Source of the DNA: an uncultured Candidatus Saccharibacteria bacterium
Lineage (GTDB): Bacteria; Patescibacteriota; UBA1384; XYA2-FULL-43-10; 1-14-0-10-43-13
Assembly (NCBI GenBank): GCA_964543385.1
Contig: CAZIYE010000001.1
Span: 540,001 to 572,000 of the forward strand
Length of the DNA stretch: 32,000 bases
Direction: 5' to 3'
Position numbers and translations under genes: made by a program
Notes under the pieces: generated by a model
Databases searched by the model: none
The model's input: the letters and a program-made list of their open reading frames with translations, nothing else
What the model was told of the DNA's origin: nothing
In this document: positions 28,003-32,000 of the stretch, piece after piece
How the letters are laid out: every line of letters begins with the position of its first letter
How positions within the stretch are numbered: position 1 is the first letter of the stretch

Positions 28003-28068
28003 TTGAGGATACTATATCGTATTTAATGCCATTTTACAGAATTGCCAGAAATAATGCAAGACCTAAGA

Positions 28069-28097
28069 TTGACACAACAACACTTATCTTATATAGT
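28069..28097 (+). promoter_or_regulatory. Sigma70-type promoter for the 52-aa ORF, bounded by an inverted repeat
   Basis: TTGACA (28069-28074), 17-nt spacer, TATAGT (28092-28097). TTGACAC (28069-28075) is inversely repeated as GTGTCAA (28096-28102). Confidence 0.75.
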
Positions 28098-28138
28098 GTC
28101 AACACAACGAACCCCCGATCCATTCTGAAGGAGACACC

Positions 28139-28297
28139 ATGGGAACAAAGACCGACGCTGCTGATCACAGCCAACAAACCCTACCGCCGGATGTTGCGCC
28201 GGTGCACGACTCTGTACTTGCCGATGGCACTGTCATTAAGGGGAATGAAGAATCCCCTCAGTCAGTGTCGCCCGACAAGAAGCCAATTAGCGGCTAG
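28139..28297 (+). CDS. GC-rich small ORF (52 aa), unknown function; not in the supplied track
   Basis: AAGGAG at 28128-28133, ATG 28139: MGTKTDAADHSQQTLPPDVAPVHDSVLADGTVIKGNEESPQSVSPDKKPISG*. Promoter upstream and terminator downstream. Confidence 0.7.
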   Translation: MGTKTDAADHSQQTLPPDVAPVHDSVLADGTVIKGNEESPQSVSPDKKPISG

Positions 28298-28321
28298 TCT
28301 GCTTGGCACGTTCTTTCTCTT

Positions 28322-28349
28322 GGGTCCCCGTCGCTTGCGCCGGGGACCC
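28322..28349 (+). terminator. Strong hairpin after the 52-aa ORF
   Basis: GGGTCCCCG-tcgcttgcgc-CGGGGACCC, perfect 9-bp GC-rich stem. Confidence 0.7.
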
Positions 28350-28390
28350 TTAGCTTATCCCTGTCTATTTTTTGGTATAATCATCGCATA

Positions 28391-29068
28391 ATGAATCAAT
28401 ACAAAGATAAGTATTTAAAAAGAACAGTTAGATTCTCAGGGATTCTCCAATGTGTGCCATTTCTGCGTGCAATCATTCTAAATGGCTCTCTAGCAGGAGG
28501 TAATATTAAAGAAAGCTCTGATATAGATCTACTTATTATTGCAAGATCAGGGCGGATTTATACCACCAGATTCTTTGTTAATCTACTTGGTAATCTGCTG
28601 GGAGAAAAAAGATCGAAGAATGAAGAGAAGTCTCATGCTGGGAAGTTCTGCTTTAATTATTTTTTAACTGATGGTTATCTTAAAATCCCGACAGGTAGGG
28701 GAGAAAAGATGGACAAATATTGTGCGATGAATTATTCAAGAAGTGTCCTCCTTTGGGGTGATGATAAATTATTTGATAAGTTTCTTGCAATAAATAGTGA
28801 TTTGTTTGCAAAATTTGGTTGTTTTTCGTCATTAAATGATTCAAAAGAGCTAGAATATTATTTCCCAGCCAGAAGTATTACTTTTCTCTTGTTTATTAGA
28901 AAAATGCAAGAGATTGTTTTTGGCGGAATGTTTGGTAATTGGATTGAAAGAAGGCTTAAACATTTACAAATAAAAATGATAGAAAGTGACCCGAGAACTA
29001 GCAAATTTCCGAGTTTGATCGTCTATAATGATCAAGAAGCTCGCTTTCATCCACCAAAAAATCTTTAA
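28391..29068 (+). CDS. Stand-alone nucleotidyltransferase-domain protein
   Basis: 225 aa; AIILNGSLAGGNIKESSDIDLLII matches the pol-beta superfamily GS-x-DxD motif. Confidence 0.8.
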   Translation: MNQYKDKYLKRTVRFSGILQCVPFLRAIILNGSLAGGNIKESSDIDLLIIARSGRIYTTRFFVNLLGNLLGEKRSKNEEKSHAGKFCFNYFLTDGYLKIPTGRGEKMDKYCAMNYSRSVLLWGDDKLFDKFLAINSDLFAKFGCFSSLNDSKELEYYFPARSITFLLFIRKMQEIVFGGMFGNWIERRLKHLQIKMIESDPRTSKFPSLIVYNDQEARFHPPKNL

Positions 29069-29096
29069 AATAGTCCTTGACTAATGTTTGTTCAAC

Positions 29097-29126
29097 TTGA
29101 CTTTTCGTGCTCATTTGCGCTAGTAT
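29097..29126 (+). promoter_or_regulatory. Promoter directly preceding a terminator hairpin
   Basis: TTGACT (29097-29102), 18-nt spacer, TAGTAT (29121-29126). Confidence 0.5.
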
Positions 29127-29133
29127 AGGTTAT

Positions 29134-29174
29134 ACGGCAACGGTGTTATCCCCCTTACACTTGTTGCCGTTTTT
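29134..29174 (+). terminator. Intrinsic terminator hairpin (or body of a tiny RNA)
   Basis: ACGGCAAC-G-GTGT...ACAC-TT-GTTGCCGT followed by TTTT. Confidence 0.85.
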
Positions 29175-29242
29175 AATATGAATTAATAGTAATAATGCAC
29201 AAAGTGAATTCATCGCTATCTCAATAAGAGATGAAAAAAGTA

Positions 29243-29272
29243 TTGACAAAAATGTAAAGTTTACTTTACAAT
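29243..29272 (+). promoter_or_regulatory. groES promoter with embedded 18-bp palindromic operator candidate
   Basis: TTGACA (29243-29248), TACAAT (29267-29272); perfect palindrome TGTAAAGT-TT-ACTTTACA at 29253-29270. Confidence 0.7.
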
Positions 29273-29342
29273 TCCTTATGTATCAAGTCCTGATGTGGCT
29301 AACAATTGGGTCAATAGTAATAAGCAAAGAAAGGAAGATTTT

Positions 29343-29615
29343 ATGTTCAAACCACTAGCTGATAGGGTTTTAATCAAACCATTGGAAGCAGAAGTAAAAA
29401 CTAAGGGAGGAATCTACATCCCAGACACTGCCAAAGAAGCTCCTGATCAAGGAGAAGTTGTCGCTTTAGGAAACGGCAAGATGACTGATGGCAAGAAATA
29501 TGATTTTACCGTTAAAAAAGGTGATAAAGTAATTTTTAAATACGCTCAGGAGATCGAAGTTGATAATACTTCATATAAAATCTTAAAAGAAGAAGATATT
29601 TTAGGAATTATTTAA
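29343..29615 (+). CDS. groES: Co-chaperonin GroES
   Basis: [43 protein letters not shown]; ATG 29343 preferred over the track start 29295. Confidence 0.96.
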   Translation: MFKPLADRVLIKPLEAEVKTKGGIYIPDTAKEAPDQGEVVALGNGKMTDGKKYDFTVKKGDKVIFKYAQEIEVDNTSYKILKEEDILGII

Positions 29616-29634
29616 TTTTTAGGGAAAGGATTAA

Positions 29635-31296
<1,662 letters not shown>

Positions 31297-31326
31297 AAGT
31301 ATATACGAATAAACTAATCTCACAAT

Positions 31327-31360
31327 AAAAGAAGACCCTCTCTATTTAGGGTCTTCTTTT
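31327..31360. terminator. Bidirectional terminator after groEL
   Basis: AAAAGAAGACCCT...AGGGTCTTCTTTT. Confidence 0.88.
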
Positions 31361-31362
31361 AT

Positions 31363-31884
31363 TTAATTCGTTGAGATTGCATCTACTGTTGCCATTGAAC
31401 TTATTTTATTAGAGGTAAAATTGTCTTTTATTCTGATAATTTTTCCATTTATGGATATGACTTTGTCTGCGCTTATTATTCTTTCCGCAAAAAGGTGTTT
31501 GATATAAAACTTAACAATTGCAAGATTTCCAGTCTCAATTAGGAAGTCATATACATAACCGATATACGTGCCACTGCTCGTCTCAACTCTCTGATTTATA
31601 CCAAAGACTTTTCTTTTAATCAGCTTTTCTAACTGGATTGATTCGTCTAAATCTACAATTGACTCTATGTCATTTATCATAATCCCGTCCTTGAGAAGAT
31701 GAACAATATCAATATTAAGGACAAATTTATCCTTTTGAAAAGACCAAAAGGGCATATCTACCGCAATGGCCGCAATTGAGATTGAGCTATCGTCAATAAT
31801 GACTTCTGAGATTCGCCCTATTTTGGTTTGATCTCTTAATTCAGCGACCGTCGATCCAATAATAGAAGTATATCGAACTATCAT
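31363..31884 (-). CDS. PRC-barrel-like domain protein
   Basis: 173 aa; two half-repeats: GSTVAELRDQTKIGRISEVIIDDSSISIAAIAVD and KVFGINQRVETSSGTYIGYVYDFLIETGNLAIVKFYIK. Confidence 0.7.
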   Translation of the reverse strand: MIVRYTSIIGSTVAELRDQTKIGRISEVIIDDSSISIAAIAVDMPFWSFQKDKFVLNIDIVHLLKDGIMINDIESIVDLDESIQLEKLIKRKVFGINQRVETSSGTYIGYVYDFLIETGNLAIVKFYIKHLFAERIISADKVISINGKIIRIKDNFTSNKISSMATVDAISTN

Positions 31885-31947
31885 CTATGCCTTAGTTAAT
31901 TTGTTATGGATTGATTTATTCTTTAATCAATCCATAAACATATAAAC

Positions 31948-32000
31948 CTAGGCTCTTTCTACGTAGCTTCCGTCGGAGGTGTTAACAACAATTTTATCGC
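31948..32000 (-). CDS. C-terminal end of a CDS running off the right edge
   Basis: Minus-strand frame ...DKIVVNTSDGSYVERA stop; too short to identify. Confidence 0.35.
   Translation of the reverse strand, partial: DKIVVNTSDGSYVERA

Noticed and set aside
3901-28349. Assembly chimerism as the explanation for the three GC-rich islands
   Set aside because: Each island ends cleanly within intergenic AT-rich DNA with matched promoters, and there are three of them in separate places; still, read mapping is required to exclude it.
28026-28391. ORF track entry of 121 aa on the plus strand
   Set aside because: Starts upstream of the promoter, has no Shine-Dalgarno and an Arg/Pro/Leu-rich sequence typical of an out-of-frame read of GC-rich DNA; the 28139-28297 frame has a proper start region.
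29243-29342. CIRCE element upstream of groES
   Set aside because: No TTAGCACTC-N9-GAGTGCTAA match; the palindrome present has a different sequence and a 2-nt centre.

Overview
AT-rich bacterial window without rRNA, tRNA, CRISPR or a transposase that I can see. The gene repertoire (DUF4012-type protein, CofE-like ligase domain in isolation, VanW-like protein, O-antigen ligase-like paralogs, many small membrane proteins) suggests a Patescibacteria/CPR-type genome; that placement is inference. Main blocks: glycosyltransferases and large membrane proteins (1-3865); a SAM-I riboswitch with an overlapping terminator ahead of metK (4732-6075); a minus-strand set TPR / dockerin protein / cohesin-like membrane protein / flippase (6199-10744); a surface-glycan set CofE-like / DUF4012 / two O-antigen ligase-like / GT4 (10873-17409); hppA, small membrane proteins, VanW-like, P-type ATPase, pyrG, nucleotidyltransferase, groES-groEL and a PRC-barrel protein. 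The points most worth following up are: (1) a neighbouring cohesin-like membrane protein and a secreted lysozyme-like protein with tandem type I dockerin repeats, suggesting a minimal surface-docking system; (2) three one-gene GC-rich cassettes (3901-4636, 17478-18393, 28069-28349), each with its own near-consensus TTGACW-N17-TANNNT promoter, Shine-Dalgarno and strong hairpin, unlike the surrounding AT-rich genome; (3) a promoter followed directly by an intrinsic terminator hairpin (29097-29174), a possible roughly 40-nt hairpin RNA; (4) a non-CIRCE 18-bp palindrome inside the groES promoter; (5) a dispersed TGTCAT...ATGACA palindromic repeat; (6) a heptanucleotide repeat inside a GT4 gene.
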